Below, piece by piece: positions 1-9,659 of a DNA stretch of 64,000 nt. Location of the stretch: contig CAZSKP010000022.1 in NCBI GenBank assembly GCA_964607485.1, positions 9,054 through 73,053 of the forward strand. Direction: 5' to 3'. A model generated the notes under the pieces. That model had not been told where the DNA came from. It saw only the letters and a list, made by a program, of their open reading frames with translations, and did no database searches. Position numbers and translations under genes: made by a program. Numbering within the stretch: the stretch's first letter is position 1; each line of letters opens with the position of its first letter. This DNA comes from an uncultured bacterium (GTDB taxonomy: Bacteria; Abyssobacteria; SURF-5).

Positions 1-457
1 ACAGATACAGGAAGAGAAGCCCCGCAAACCCGGGGACCCACCGGACCCCTCCCCACCGTGCAATCCACCGAAGCTCCATGGGAAAACGCAGGGTGAAGAA
101 GAGCGCGGAGTATTTGAGCACCGGGTTTGAGACCAATGTGCGCAGCAGGATGAAGGCCGCCACAAGCGACAGTATGTTGCCGAACATGTAAAACCCGCGC
201 AGAACGCCAATGTGCACAGTCAAGAGCTTCATGAGCCAATACGGAATGAATTGCAGCAACGGCCCGTGCTGCATGTAGGTCTCGCGGTAAGGGACGGCGC
301 CCCTCAACAGGTCGTTGATACAGGCAAGATGATAGCCCTCATCCAATGCGTAGATGTATCCTGAAATAAAATACGGGGTGTAGAGGCTGAAGAAAATGAC
401 CAACGGAACCAGGCCGAAATCTATGTATGGTTCCCAAGGTCTGCGGCGATTGTGCAT
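1..457 (-). CDS. GT-C-like polytopic membrane glycosyltransferase, N-terminal part (runs off the window edge)
   Basis: Not in the ORF track. Manual translation from ATG 457 gives MHNRRRPWEPYIDFGLVPLVIFFSLY...ALDEGYHLACINDLLRGAVPYRETYMQHGPLLQFIPYWLMKLL, which aligns by eye with EEGVYLRWINELLRGNILYKDVYFYNAPFMIWPQYWLMKLF of the adjacent gene. The frame stays open to base 1. Confidence 0.75.
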   Translation of the reverse strand, partial: MHNRRRPWEPYIDFGLVPLVIFFSLYTPYFISGYIYALDEGYHLACINDLLRGAVPYRETYMQHGPLLQFIPYWLMKLLTVHIGVLRGFYMFGNILSLVAAFILLRTLVSNPVLKYSALFFTLRFPMELRWIARWGGVRWVPGFAGLLFLYL

Positions 458-547
458 TGACACTGGTTTCCCGCTCGCAACGAGCCTATCAATGTTCGAC
501 CCGAGCCGGCTTCGTTCCAGAAGCCCTTCTCGCCTTCGGTTGAAATG

Positions 548-2545
548 TCAGTGTTCGGGCCGGTGCTTGCGTCTCAGAATGAACGTATCGTCAAAGCTCT
601 TTTCTGTCTGATAGTTTTTGCCCAGGTAACTTTGGATTTCCGGGAAACGCGTATCGATGGTCAATCCCAGAAAGGGTCCGCGCGTGACGTAGATTATGTA
701 ATTCACCTTCTTCTTTTCCAGTTCTTCTACTACCTGTTCACGGTATTTTTGGGGGATGGCATAAATGGCGGGATACTTGGAGGCGCTGGGGCGGTCGGCC
801 AGAAAGTAGTACATCGGAGAATAGGGAAACACGAAGATCGGCTCATCCGGAGCAGTCTTCCACGTGATGTAGTCAACCACCGTCTTGGTTATATAGGCCC
901 GCTCGGGAGGTATGTAGACACCCCGTGCCCGCGGGAGATCGAGGGCGACATAGTTTTCGCTGCGCTCACTCAGCCCGGCGAGGTAATCGTAGGGAGGCCT
1001 CGAAGGGGAATATGCTCGAAACCCCGAGTAGCCGAGCAGGCCGGAGATTATGAAAGCGACGAGCGCCGCGTAAAGAAGCATTTCGACATATCGACTGTGC
1101 ATTCCCTTATTACTTATCAGTATACGTACTCTCGGCCAAACCATATCTAAGTATCCGATGCTCAAAATCATTAAGGGATAAAGGACGTTCTTTATTGTCA
1201 TCAGGGAGTATATACCGAAACCTCGCTGGAACATTATGCCCCCCAACGCAGCGATGCCGAAAAACAGGATGGCTCGATTGGGAAAAGACCTCCTCAGGAA
1301 CAGGGTGAGGCAGAAGAACACGCTGCCGATATAGAACACTATCGGCCAATAGGCGAGCAGCGTTTCGAAGGTGTCGTACTTATTCTCGTAGGAACGTGTG
1401 AGTAACTGATAAAGATTGGGAAATTCGAGGCCCCACGCGCCCATCGCATAGTAACGGGGGACGTTGACCGTTGCCTCGTACAGGTCGGCCATCGCATGAT
1501 GAAAGAAGAAGTACGCCAGTACGGGAACAAGCGGAACGAGAGCTCCGATTATGAGCAGAGCCAGCTGCCGGAGGAAATCGGTTATCGTTTTCCTCTCCCG
1601 ATAACAGAAAACGACCAGCATCGCCACCGTTGCGACCAGCGACCCCACGCCCAACTCCTCGCTGAAGACGAGGGCGAATCCCACGAGCCCTCCCGATATC
1701 AACAAGTGCAAGGACCTTCTACTGAAAAAAGATTTGTACAGAAAATACAAGGGAAGAAGAGAAACAGCATAGCGCCCCAACGATTGATGCACGCCCGGGA
1801 ACATCGGGTAATAGAAGTAGACGATGGGAATCATTCCCACCAGCACCAACATCTTGTTCCTGACCAGTTGGCGAAGCACCTTGAACACGATCAGGTAGCC
1901 GAGAAGGTAGAAGAAATAGATGTAGTACCTGTGAAGGGCGATGGAGGGTCCAAACAGCTTCATCAGCCAGTATTGGGGCCAGATCATGAACGGCGCATTG
2001 TAGAAATAGACATCTTTATACAGGATGTTCCCTCTCAACAGCTCGTTGATCCAGCGGAGGTAAACCCCTTCCTCGAAGAAGAATCCCCACTTCGCCCAGT
2101 ACCAGTTCTTATAAATGAAATCAGTGTGGAACGTGACGAGGAACAGCACCAAAGTCAAGACCGCCCAGCGAACCAGTCCCATTGCGGGTTTCGGTTTCTC
2201 CACGTCAGGCGTGGGATGACTCTCCTCGCTCGCAAGCCTGGCACCCTTCTTCCTGTAATGAAAATACGTGACCGCCAGAAAGATGCACATGCCGACCGCG
2301 ATAGAAACAACCACTCCCAGGATGTAGTACGGCACTTCCAGTTCTTTAGGGTATCTGTCGAGGACGGTCTGGCTTATGATGCCCAGTTCGCGGGCCTTCT
2401 CTATGGAAGATACATCCTGCGGCAGCAGGTGGATGACCGCTCCGGCCAACAGCATGCCCAACAGAATCGAACACACCCCCACCAGTATCTGGAACAGGTG
2501 TGTTCTTTCATCGGACAGATATTTCTGATAGTCGGAACGGACCAC
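548..2545 (-). CDS. GT-C (ArnT/PMT-like) polytopic membrane glycosyltransferase, paralog A
   Basis: 665 aa with many hydrophobic helices, acidic EEG motif after the first TM segments, and a C-terminal soluble domain (TAPDEPIFVFPYSPMYYFLADRP) typical of these proteins. Confidence 0.7.
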   Translation of the reverse strand: MVRSDYQKYLSDERTHLFQILVGVCSILLGMLLAGAVIHLLPQDVSSIEKARELGIISQTVLDRYPKELEVPYYILGVVVSIAVGMCIFLAVTYFHYRKKGARLASEESHPTPDVEKPKPAMGLVRWAVLTLVLFLVTFHTDFIYKNWYWAKWGFFFEEGVYLRWINELLRGNILYKDVYFYNAPFMIWPQYWLMKLFGPSIALHRYYIYFFYLLGYLIVFKVLRQLVRNKMLVLVGMIPIVYFYYPMFPGVHQSLGRYAVSLLPLYFLYKSFFSRRSLHLLISGGLVGFALVFSEELGVGSLVATVAMLVVFCYRERKTITDFLRQLALLIIGALVPLVPVLAYFFFHHAMADLYEATVNVPRYYAMGAWGLEFPNLYQLLTRSYENKYDTFETLLAYWPIVFYIGSVFFCLTLFLRRSFPNRAILFFGIAALGGIMFQRGFGIYSLMTIKNVLYPLMILSIGYLDMVWPRVRILISNKGMHSRYVEMLLYAALVAFIISGLLGYSGFRAYSPSRPPYDYLAGLSERSENYVALDLPRARGVYIPPERAYITKTVVDYITWKTAPDEPIFVFPYSPMYYFLADRPSASKYPAIYAIPQKYREQVVEELEKKKVNYIIYVTRGPFLGLTIDTRFPEIQSYLGKNYQTEKSFDDTFILRRKHRPEH

Positions 2546-2826
2546 GCTCTATCTTTCCCGCGGGATTCCGGGGCTGCCTAGCAAGCCAAAGGCTTGGCAT
2601 CCCTTTCGGTTACGGCAGGGCAAGAAGATAATCGGCACGGCCTGGGTGCTCGCGACGAGCCTACCAATTTCTTCGACCCAAGTCAACTTCACCATACTAT
2701 CTCTGTGACGGCTTGCGGAGGGGCCCCGGTTCCAAGCGGAAGATAAGCCCGTCCCCTCAGCCGCCGGAAATGCGGATTCATGTTCGCTTCCTTTAAGAGA
2801 AGCCAGTCGCGTCTCTAGGAAAGATA

Positions 2827-4827
2827 TCAGGGTTCAGGTCGATCTTTGCGCTTAAGAATGAACGTGTTATCAAACTTTCTTTCCGTTTGATAGTTGTCGT
2901 CTATGTAATCCATAATCCGGGAAAAGCGCGTCTCGGTGGGCACTTCTAGGACGGGCCAGTGCTTATCAATATAGACTATATACCTCACCTTCTTTTCCTC
3001 AAGTTCCCTGATTGTCTGTTCTCGCGTTTGTTTTAAGACGGCATAGATGGTGGGATATTTGGTGGCGGCGGGGCGGTCCGTCAGAAAGTAATACATCGGG
3101 GAATAGGGAAACACGAAGATTGGCTCATCGGGAGTCGTTTTCGACCTGATATACTCAACCACCTGCTTGGTCGTGTATGCCCACGGGGGCGGCATGTAGA
3201 TGTTTTCGGCCCTGGGCAGGCCGAGAGGTACGAAATTCTCGTTCAGTTTGCTGAGCCCGATGCGGTAGGCAGGTGGGGTGAATGAAGGGGAGAACGCGCG
3301 GGGCAGTGAATAGCCACAGAAGCCAAAACCCATAAATATGAGGAGCGCCGCGTAAAGCGCCAGTTCGACTCGTCGGCCCGGCGCACCCCTGCTTCCCGCT
3401 AAATAGCGCACTCTTGGCCAGACTGCGTCTAAGCAGCCGGCGCCCAGGATTACAAGGGGATAGATAACGCTCTTTATTTGGAAGAGGGAGTATATGCCGA
3501 AAGCGCGTTGGAATATTATTCCCCCCAAAGTGGCGACGCCAAGAAACAAGATGCTCCTGTTCGTAAAGGATCTCCTGAGAAACATGGACAGGCAGAAAAA
3601 GACGCTGCCGATATAGAACACTATCGGCCAGTAAGCGAGCAGCGTTTCAACGGTGTCGTACCTGCTCTCGTAGGAACCCGTGAGCGACCGAAAAAGATTG
3701 GGGAATTCGAGCCCCCAGGCGCCTATGGCATAATACCTGGGAAGATTGACCATCGCCTCGTAGAGTTCCGCCGTGGCCTGATGAATCAGGAAGTATGCCA
3801 GCACGGGAACCAGCACAACGAAAACTCCAATGATGAGCAGTGCCAGTTGCCGGAGGCAATCCGTTATCGTTTTCCTCTCCCGATAACAGAAAACGACCAG
3901 CATCGCCACCGTCGCGACCAGCGAGCCTACGCCAAGTTCCTGGCTGAAGAGAAGTGCAAATCCCACTGTAAGACCGGTTATCAAGAGGTACGACAACCTC
4001 CTGTTGAAGAGAAATTGATATAGAAAATAAGGCGGGAGAAGCGAAACGGCGAATCGTCCCAGCGCTACATGAACACCGGGAAACATAGGATAATAATAAT
4101 AAACAATGAAGAACATGGCTATCAGCATCAGCGTTTTGCGGTTAACCATCTGGCGAAGCACTTTGAACACGATCAGATAGCCGATAAAACAGAGGGAATA
4201 TACGTAGCACCTGTCAAGGACAATGGAAGGCCCAAGCAGCTTCATCAGCCAATATTGGGGCCAGACCATGAACGGGCCTCCATAGAAGTAGATGTCCCTA
4301 TAGAGAATATTCCCTCTCAGCAGCTCGTTGATCCAGCGGAGGTAAATCCCTTCCTCGAAGAAGAATCCCCACTCCGCCCAGTACCAGTTCTTGTAGATGA
4401 AATCAGTGTGGAACGTGACGAGAAACAGCACGAGAACCAACGCGGCCCAGCGGAGCAATCCCATTGCGGGTTTCGGTTTCTCCATGTCAGGCGTGGGATG
4501 ACTCTCCTCGCCCGCAAGCTCCGCCCCCCTCCTCCTGTAATGAAAATACGTGACCGCCAAAAAGATGCACATGCCGACCGCGATAGAAACAACCACTCCC
4601 AGGATGTAATACGGCACTTCCAGTTCTTTGGGATAGTTGTCGAGGATGGTGCGGCTGATGATGCCCAGTTCTCGGGCCTTCTCTATGGAAGATACATCCT
4701 GCGGCAGCAGATGGATGAGCGCTCCGGCCGCCAGCATGCCCAACAGAATCGAACACACCCCCACCAGCATCTGAAACAGGCGTGTTCTTTTATCGGACAG
4801 ATATTTCTGATAGTCGGAACGGACCAC
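2827..4827 (-). CDS. GT-C (ArnT/PMT-like) polytopic membrane glycosyltransferase, paralog B
   Basis: 666 aa, colinear with 548..2545, near-identical N-terminus and the same motifs. Confidence 0.7.
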   Translation of the reverse strand: MVRSDYQKYLSDKRTRLFQMLVGVCSILLGMLAAGALIHLLPQDVSSIEKARELGIISRTILDNYPKELEVPYYILGVVVSIAVGMCIFLAVTYFHYRRRGAELAGEESHPTPDMEKPKPAMGLLRWAALVLVLFLVTFHTDFIYKNWYWAEWGFFFEEGIYLRWINELLRGNILYRDIYFYGGPFMVWPQYWLMKLLGPSIVLDRCYVYSLCFIGYLIVFKVLRQMVNRKTLMLIAMFFIVYYYYPMFPGVHVALGRFAVSLLPPYFLYQFLFNRRLSYLLITGLTVGFALLFSQELGVGSLVATVAMLVVFCYRERKTITDCLRQLALLIIGVFVVLVPVLAYFLIHQATAELYEAMVNLPRYYAIGAWGLEFPNLFRSLTGSYESRYDTVETLLAYWPIVFYIGSVFFCLSMFLRRSFTNRSILFLGVATLGGIIFQRAFGIYSLFQIKSVIYPLVILGAGCLDAVWPRVRYLAGSRGAPGRRVELALYAALLIFMGFGFCGYSLPRAFSPSFTPPAYRIGLSKLNENFVPLGLPRAENIYMPPPWAYTTKQVVEYIRSKTTPDEPIFVFPYSPMYYFLTDRPAATKYPTIYAVLKQTREQTIRELEEKKVRYIVYIDKHWPVLEVPTETRFSRIMDYIDDNYQTERKFDNTFILKRKDRPEP

Positions 4828-4995
4828 GCTCTATCTTTCCCGCGGGATTTCGGATTCTCCTAGCGAGCCAAAGGCTTGGCATCCCTTTTGGTTACGGCAG
4901 GGCAAGGAGATAATCGGCCGAATCGAGGCTGGTGGGATTCTACAGGATTGTCGGAGACATTGTCAACGAACTACGACCGGGGCCGGGAGACAGGG

Positions 4996-5541
4996 TCAGC
5001 CCCCCTTGAGCGTCTCGACCGTGATGTTCTCGTTCGTGTAAACACAGATCGCAGCGGCGGCGAGCAGGGCTTCCCTGACTATTTCCTCCGCCGATAAGTC
5101 GGAGTGCTTGACGAGCGCCCGTGCAGCCGCCAGCGCATACGGCCCGCCCGAGCCTATCGCGATTATTCCGTCGTCCGGTTCCACTATTTCGCCCGTGCCG
5201 GAGAGCAACAGCGAATGAGTGGCGTCGCACACAGCGAGCAGCGCCTCGAGCCGCCGAAGGTATTTGTCCGTCCGCCAATCCTTCGCAAGCTCAACGGCGG
5301 CCCGCTGAAGGTTCGACTTGTACTCCGAAAGCTTGGCGTCGAATCGCTCAAAGAGCGTGATCGCGTCGGCGGCCGCTCCCGCGAAGCCGGCAAGCACCTT
5401 GCCCTCGGCCAGCCGCCGTATTTTCGTCGCGTGGTGTTTCACTATCGTGTTGGACAGAGTCACCTGTCCGTCGCCCCCAAGAGCCACGGTGCCCCTGTGT
5501 CGCACCGAAACTACTGTCGTTGCTCTGAACATCGGTTTCAT
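4996..5541 (-). CDS. hslV: ATP-dependent protease peptidase subunit HslV
   Basis: N-terminal ATT catalytic Thr, [23 protein letters not shown] and AIGSGG motifs. Confidence 0.97.
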   Translation of the reverse strand: MKPMFRATTVVSVRHRGTVALGGDGQVTLSNTIVKHHATKIRRLAEGKVLAGFAGAAADAITLFERFDAKLSEYKSNLQRAAVELAKDWRTDKYLRRLEALLAVCDATHSLLLSGTGEIVEPDDGIIAIGSGGPYALAAARALVKHSDLSAEEIVREALLAAAAICVYTNENITVETLKGG

Positions 5542-6464
5542 CCCCCTGATGCGCCTCGTGCGTGAGGGTGCGCCTGGTCGTAAATCGTCCGAAGCCTTTC
5601 GGCGGTCAAGTGAGTGTAAATCTGCGTCGAAGACAGCACCGCGTGCCCGAGCAGTTCCTGCACGTCGCGGAGATCGGCGCCTCCGTCGAGCAGGTGCGTG
5701 GCGAAACTATGCCGCAGCGTGTGCGGGCTCACCGGGCGTCTGTACCACAGCTTCTTCGCGTACTTTGTCACTATCCTGTGAAAATCCCTTTGCTGAAGCG
5801 GACGCCCGTTGCGACTCAGAAAAAGCTTCCCCTTCGAGAGACCTATGTCCAGCCTCTTGCGGGCTTCGAGGTACTCACTCAGGGCGGCGATGGCAAAGCG
5901 TCCCAGCAGCGCGATCCTCTGCTTGCCCCCCTTACCCGTGACTCTCACGGTGCTGCCCAGAAGGTCCAAGTCGTCAAGCCCGATTCCCGCCAACTCGGCC
6001 ACGCGCACCCCCGTCGAGTAGAGTGTTTCCAGTATCGCCCTGTCCCGTTTTCCGGTCGGCGTGTCGTCCGGAGGAGCTTCGAGCAGTTGTTTGGCCTCCT
6101 CGACCGAAAGGAATTCCGGAAGCCATCTTGGCAGTTTCGGAGTCGAAACCTCATCGGCAGGATTTCTCTCAACGATGCCCTCGCGCTGCATGAGATTGAA
6201 AAAGGTGCGAATCGCGGAGAGCTTCCTTGCGACGCTTCGTCTCGAGGTATTGTTCGATTGCAGTTGCGCCAGGTAGGCTCTTATCTTCAGGTTGTCGGCC
6301 TCGGCAAGGGGTATCGATTCAAGAGGAACGTCCGGGCCGCCAAAATAGCGGTCGGCGAGGAAGCGAAGGAATGCCCTCGCGTCGCCCAAGTAGGCGCGCA
6401 GTGTGTGCTCGCTCAGGTTGCGCTCGGTCTTGAGGTATCGTTCGAAAAGCGTGAGGTAGTCCAT
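5538..6464 (-). CDS. xerC: Tyrosine recombinase XerC
   Basis: [32 protein letters not shown] and LLGH...TQIYTH motifs; conserved topA-xerC-hslV context. Confidence 0.9.
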   Translation of the reverse strand: MDYLTLFERYLKTERNLSEHTLRAYLGDARAFLRFLADRYFGGPDVPLESIPLAEADNLKIRAYLAQLQSNNTSRRSVARKLSAIRTFFNLMQREGIVERNPADEVSTPKLPRWLPEFLSVEEAKQLLEAPPDDTPTGKRDRAILETLYSTGVRVAELAGIGLDDLDLLGSTVRVTGKGGKQRIALLGRFAIAALSEYLEARKRLDIGLSKGKLFLSRNGRPLQQRDFHRIVTKYAKKLWYRRPVSPHTLRHSFATHLLDGGADLRDVQELLGHAVLSSTQIYTHLTAERLRTIYDQAHPHARGASGG

Positions 6465-6470
6465 CGCCTG

Positions 6471-8747
6471 CTAGCTTGCGGCCTCTTCCTTAGACTCCTC
6501 CTTTACCTCTTCCTTATAGCGGCAGCCCTTCTTGGGACACCTCAGGACGAGTTTGCCGTCGCGGGTGTATTTCTCGACCAGAAAGGCTCCTCCGCACTGC
6601 GGGCAGCTCTTGCTGTTGGGCTTGTCCCAGCTCGCGAACTTACAGTCGGGATATCGGCTGCAACTGAAGAACAGACGCCCCTTCTTCGAGCGCCGCTCGA
6701 CCACCTCGCCGCCGCATCCCGGCTCGGGGCACTCGACGCCTATGCCAAACGGCATCGCGGTCTTGCATTCCGGATACCTCTTGCACGAGAGGAAGCGTCC
6801 CGTGCGGCCGTTCTTCACGACCATGGGGCTGCCGCACGTGGGACAGGTCTTTTCTGCGGCAAGCTGCTCCGCTTCGGCGGCCGATGTTCCGCCGTTTTCA
6901 CCGACCTCTTTCGTGTTGCGACACTCGGGATAACCGGTGCATGCGAGGAACTTGCCGTAGCGTCCCCAGCGGATGACCATCGGCTTGCCGCATTCCTCAC
7001 AGACCTCGTCGGTCGGAACTCCCTCCCTCTTGATGTTACGCATCTGCTGTGTCGCGGTGGCGAGCGAGTCTTCGAACGGACCGTAAAAGTCGCGGAGAAG
7101 CTCCTGCCAGTCTGCCTTCCCCTCCTCCACGTCATCCAATTGCTCTTCCATCTTAGCGGTAAACTCGACGTCGAGGATTTTCGGGAAATTCTCGACCAGA
7201 AGTCCGTTCACCGTGCAGCCCAGGTCGGTCGGCAGGAGCCGCCCCTTCTCTCTTTGCACGTACTTGCGCTTCTGGATCGTATCGACGATTGTGGCATACG
7301 TGCTGGGACGCCCTATCGCCTTCTCTTCCAACGCCTTCACCAATGTGGCCTCTGTGTAGCGCGGAGGCGGCTTGGTGAAGTGCTGATCGGGAAGAACTTT
7401 CTTGCACGTGAGCGTGTCGTCCTTTTCCACGGGCGGGAACGACTTGTCGCCCTCCTCGCCGTTTCCGTTGTTGTCGGATTCTTCTCGATACAGCACGAGG
7501 AAGCCCCGAACCTTCAGGATCGATCCCGTCGCACGCAGCGAATACTTGTTGTCGGCATCTATCTCTATGGTCGTCTGGTCGTATATCGCCGGTCCCATCT
7601 GGCTGGCCAGAAAGCGGTTCCATATCAGCGTGTACAGCGCCAAGTGCTCCTTGTTAAGATGCGGCTTCATCTTCTCGGGTTCCCATTCTATCGAGGTCGG
7701 CCTGATCGCCTCGTGCGCATCCTGCGCGTCGCGCTTATTCTTGAACACGTTGACGTGGTTGGGCGGGTAGCATTCCTTCCCGTACTTCTTCAGAATGTAT
7801 TCGAGCGCCGCCTCCTGCGCCTCTTTCGAGATACGGACCGAGTCGGTACGCATATAGGTGATAAGAGCGACGTTGCCCTCGCCCGGTATTTCGATTCCTT
7901 CATACAAATCCTGCGCAAGGCGCATCGTGCGCGTCGGCCGCATCCGCAGCTTCTTAAACGCCTCCTGCTGCAGCGTGCTCGTGATAAACGGTGCGTATGG
8001 CCGGCGGCGGACCTCTTTCGTCTCTACGCTCTTGACGACGAACCGCGCTCGCCTCAACTCGTCGGAAATCTTGGCGGCCGACTCCTCATTGGGTACCTCG
8101 GCCTTCTCCCCCTCCACCTTCGTAAGCTGAGCTTCAAAGGGCGGGTAGCCCTTCTTTTCGAGCAGCGTCTTTATGGACCAATACTCTTTGGGAACAAACT
8201 TGCTTATCTCATCCTCGCGCTCGCACAGGATTCTTACCGCCACCGACTGGACCCGGCCGGCGCTCAGGCCGCGCTTCACCTTGGTCCACAGCAGAGGACT
8301 CAGCTTGTAGCCCACCAGCCGGTCGAGGATGCGCCTGGCCTGCTGTGCGTTCACGAGCGCCATGTCGATATCCCTCGGGTTCCGAATCGCCTCTTGTATG
8401 GCGCTCTTGGTTATCTCGTTGAAGACTATCCGGCGCATCTTGCGCTTATTTCCGATGGCCTCCTTGATGTGCCAGCCGATGGCCTCGCCCTCGCGGTCGA
8501 AGTCGGACGCGAGATACACTTCCTCGGCCTCCTGGGCGCGCTTCTTCAGGTTGGTGATGATTTTACGCTTCCCGCTTGCCACGACGTACCGGGGCGTGAA
8601 GCCGCCGTCCACGTCGACGCCGAGTTCTTTTTCCGGGAGGTCGCGCACGTGCCCCATCGACGCCTCGACATCGTAATCCTTGCCGAGGTACTTATTTATC
8701 GTCTTAGCCTTCGCGGGCGACTCGACTATTACCAACTTTTTTGCCAC
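6471..8747 (-). CDS. topA: DNA topoisomerase I with C-terminal Zn ribbons
   Basis: LVIVESPAKAKTI, DFDREGE, SAGRVQS and ITYMRTDS motifs; C4 zinc-ribbon repeats. Confidence 0.98.
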   Translation of the reverse strand: MAKKLVIVESPAKAKTINKYLGKDYDVEASMGHVRDLPEKELGVDVDGGFTPRYVVASGKRKIITNLKKRAQEAEEVYLASDFDREGEAIGWHIKEAIGNKRKMRRIVFNEITKSAIQEAIRNPRDIDMALVNAQQARRILDRLVGYKLSPLLWTKVKRGLSAGRVQSVAVRILCEREDEISKFVPKEYWSIKTLLEKKGYPPFEAQLTKVEGEKAEVPNEESAAKISDELRRARFVVKSVETKEVRRRPYAPFITSTLQQEAFKKLRMRPTRTMRLAQDLYEGIEIPGEGNVALITYMRTDSVRISKEAQEAALEYILKKYGKECYPPNHVNVFKNKRDAQDAHEAIRPTSIEWEPEKMKPHLNKEHLALYTLIWNRFLASQMGPAIYDQTTIEIDADNKYSLRATGSILKVRGFLVLYREESDNNGNGEEGDKSFPPVEKDDTLTCKKVLPDQHFTKPPPRYTEATLVKALEEKAIGRPSTYATIVDTIQKRKYVQREKGRLLPTDLGCTVNGLLVENFPKILDVEFTAKMEEQLDDVEEGKADWQELLRDFYGPFEDSLATATQQMRNIKREGVPTDEVCEECGKPMVIRWGRYGKFLACTGYPECRNTKEVGENGGTSAAEAEQLAAEKTCPTCGSPMVVKNGRTGRFLSCKRYPECKTAMPFGIGVECPEPGCGGEVVERRSKKGRLFFSCSRYPDCKFASWDKPNSKSCPQCGGAFLVEKYTRDGKLVLRCPKKGCRYKEEVKEESKEEAAS

Positions 8748-8750
8748 GTG

Positions 8751-9218
8751 TTACGCTCTTCCTTTCTTGAAGTAATCAAGCCATTCTTCCACATCGAGAA
8801 CATCGGCGGTGTTGCCTCTCGGAGCGGATCGGCGGCGCTTCGGCGTGGATTCGAGTTTTTTCGCAAAATCCTCCGACGAAACCAGGCGCGCCCTACGACT
8901 GCGTGCACACCGGCGAATTTCGTTGTCCGAGGAAACAATTGTCAACCCCTTCGGATTCGGGTCCTGTTTAATCATGTCGATGATTATGTCGTCGGCGGAA
9001 CCCTCTGGGGGAGCGAAGATTACGCGTAATCTCGGTCCAATCTGACGAGGGCCTGAATCGAGGTCCGCCCCCTTGTCGAACACCACGATAAACTTCTGCG
9101 AGCCTCGGTGCAATTGCCGTGCCAAAATTCTCAGCAGCTTCTCCTCGTCATCGCGCTCACCCAGCCGAATCTTCGACATTTTGCCAATTAGGTTGTGTCC
9201 GTCGATGATTACCGGCAT
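8751..9218 (-). CDS. NYN (YacP/Rae1-like, PIN-fold) domain protein
   Basis: IIDGHNLI, VVFD, SADDII and IVSSDNEI acidic motifs. Confidence 0.8.
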   Translation of the reverse strand: MPVIIDGHNLIGKMSKIRLGERDDEEKLLRILARQLHRGSQKFIVVFDKGADLDSGPRQIGPRLRVIFAPPEGSADDIIIDMIKQDPNPKGLTIVSSDNEIRRCARSRRARLVSSEDFAKKLESTPKRRRSAPRGNTADVLDVEEWLDYFKKGRA

Positions 9219-9279
9219 CTCACAATCACTTTCTGCGGATAGAGCGGCACAGACCGGTCAATCCACGTCCGACGGAGTG

Positions 9280-9308
9280 ATTATAGCCCTGCTCCCATAC
9301 CTTGTCAA
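9280..9308 (-). promoter_or_regulatory. Sigma-70 promoter for NYN-topA-xerC-hslV
   Basis: Perfect TTGACA-17-TATAAT on the minus strand. Confidence 0.8.
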
Positions 9309-9522
9309 ATACGCCTCCCGGATGCTACCGCGCACTTTGGCCGGAAACCCAGCCGCTTGACCGGCCGGTTCAGCTGTCGGCTCAAGTGCCCTCCGCACCG
9401 ATAGTACGGGACAATTCTCGATTCGCCCCCGGATACTTGATATGGTCTATCAATGGAGTCGGGGACCTAAATGAGCATCTTGTGGAGGAGGGGACCACTT
9501 TCCCACGGAGGGAGAGTATTAC

Positions 9523-9552
9523 TTGACCTGTATTACTAATTAGGGATATACT
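9523..9552 (+). promoter_or_regulatory. Putative sigma-70 promoter of the SAMD9-like gene
   Basis: TTGACC-18-TATACT in an AT-rich stretch; AGGAGAGG SD before ATG 9660. Confidence 0.55.
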
Positions 9553-9659
9553 ATGGTTACTTTTTTTGACACTCTATGTTACTTCGCAGATCACTGGTGT
9601 TGGTGAATTGGCTTGCCAGCTTTGGTCTTCATTTGGCTTAACTTAGGAGAGGTACTTTC

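Larger units (their letters stand above)
548..4918. repeat. Tandem duplication with a ~2282 bp offset, including ~90 bp of upstream leader
   Basis: 2039-2636 is near-identical to 4321-4918, including the non-coding leader; the internal block ~1575-1645 matches ~3857-3927. Confidence 0.9.

Noticed and set aside
458-550. Paralog A and the next GT-C gene are in the same frame, separated by one TGA, suggesting Sec readthrough or fusion
   Set aside because: Paralog B ends at the equivalent position (RPEP* vs RPEH*), there is no Cys-type context or convincing SECIS, and the frame match has a 1-in-3 chance.
1496-4863. Repeated plus-strand ORFs 1496..2581 and 4069..4863
   Set aside because: Antisense shadows of the duplicated membrane-protein genes.
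5538-6464. Tyrosine recombinase as the integrase of the nearby AT-rich gene
   Set aside because: Housekeeping XerC in the canonical topA-xerC-hslV context with host-like composition.
5562-9029. 1155-aa plus-strand ORF
   Set aside because: Antisense shadow of xerC/topA/NYN caused by high-GC codon bias; no recognisable motifs.
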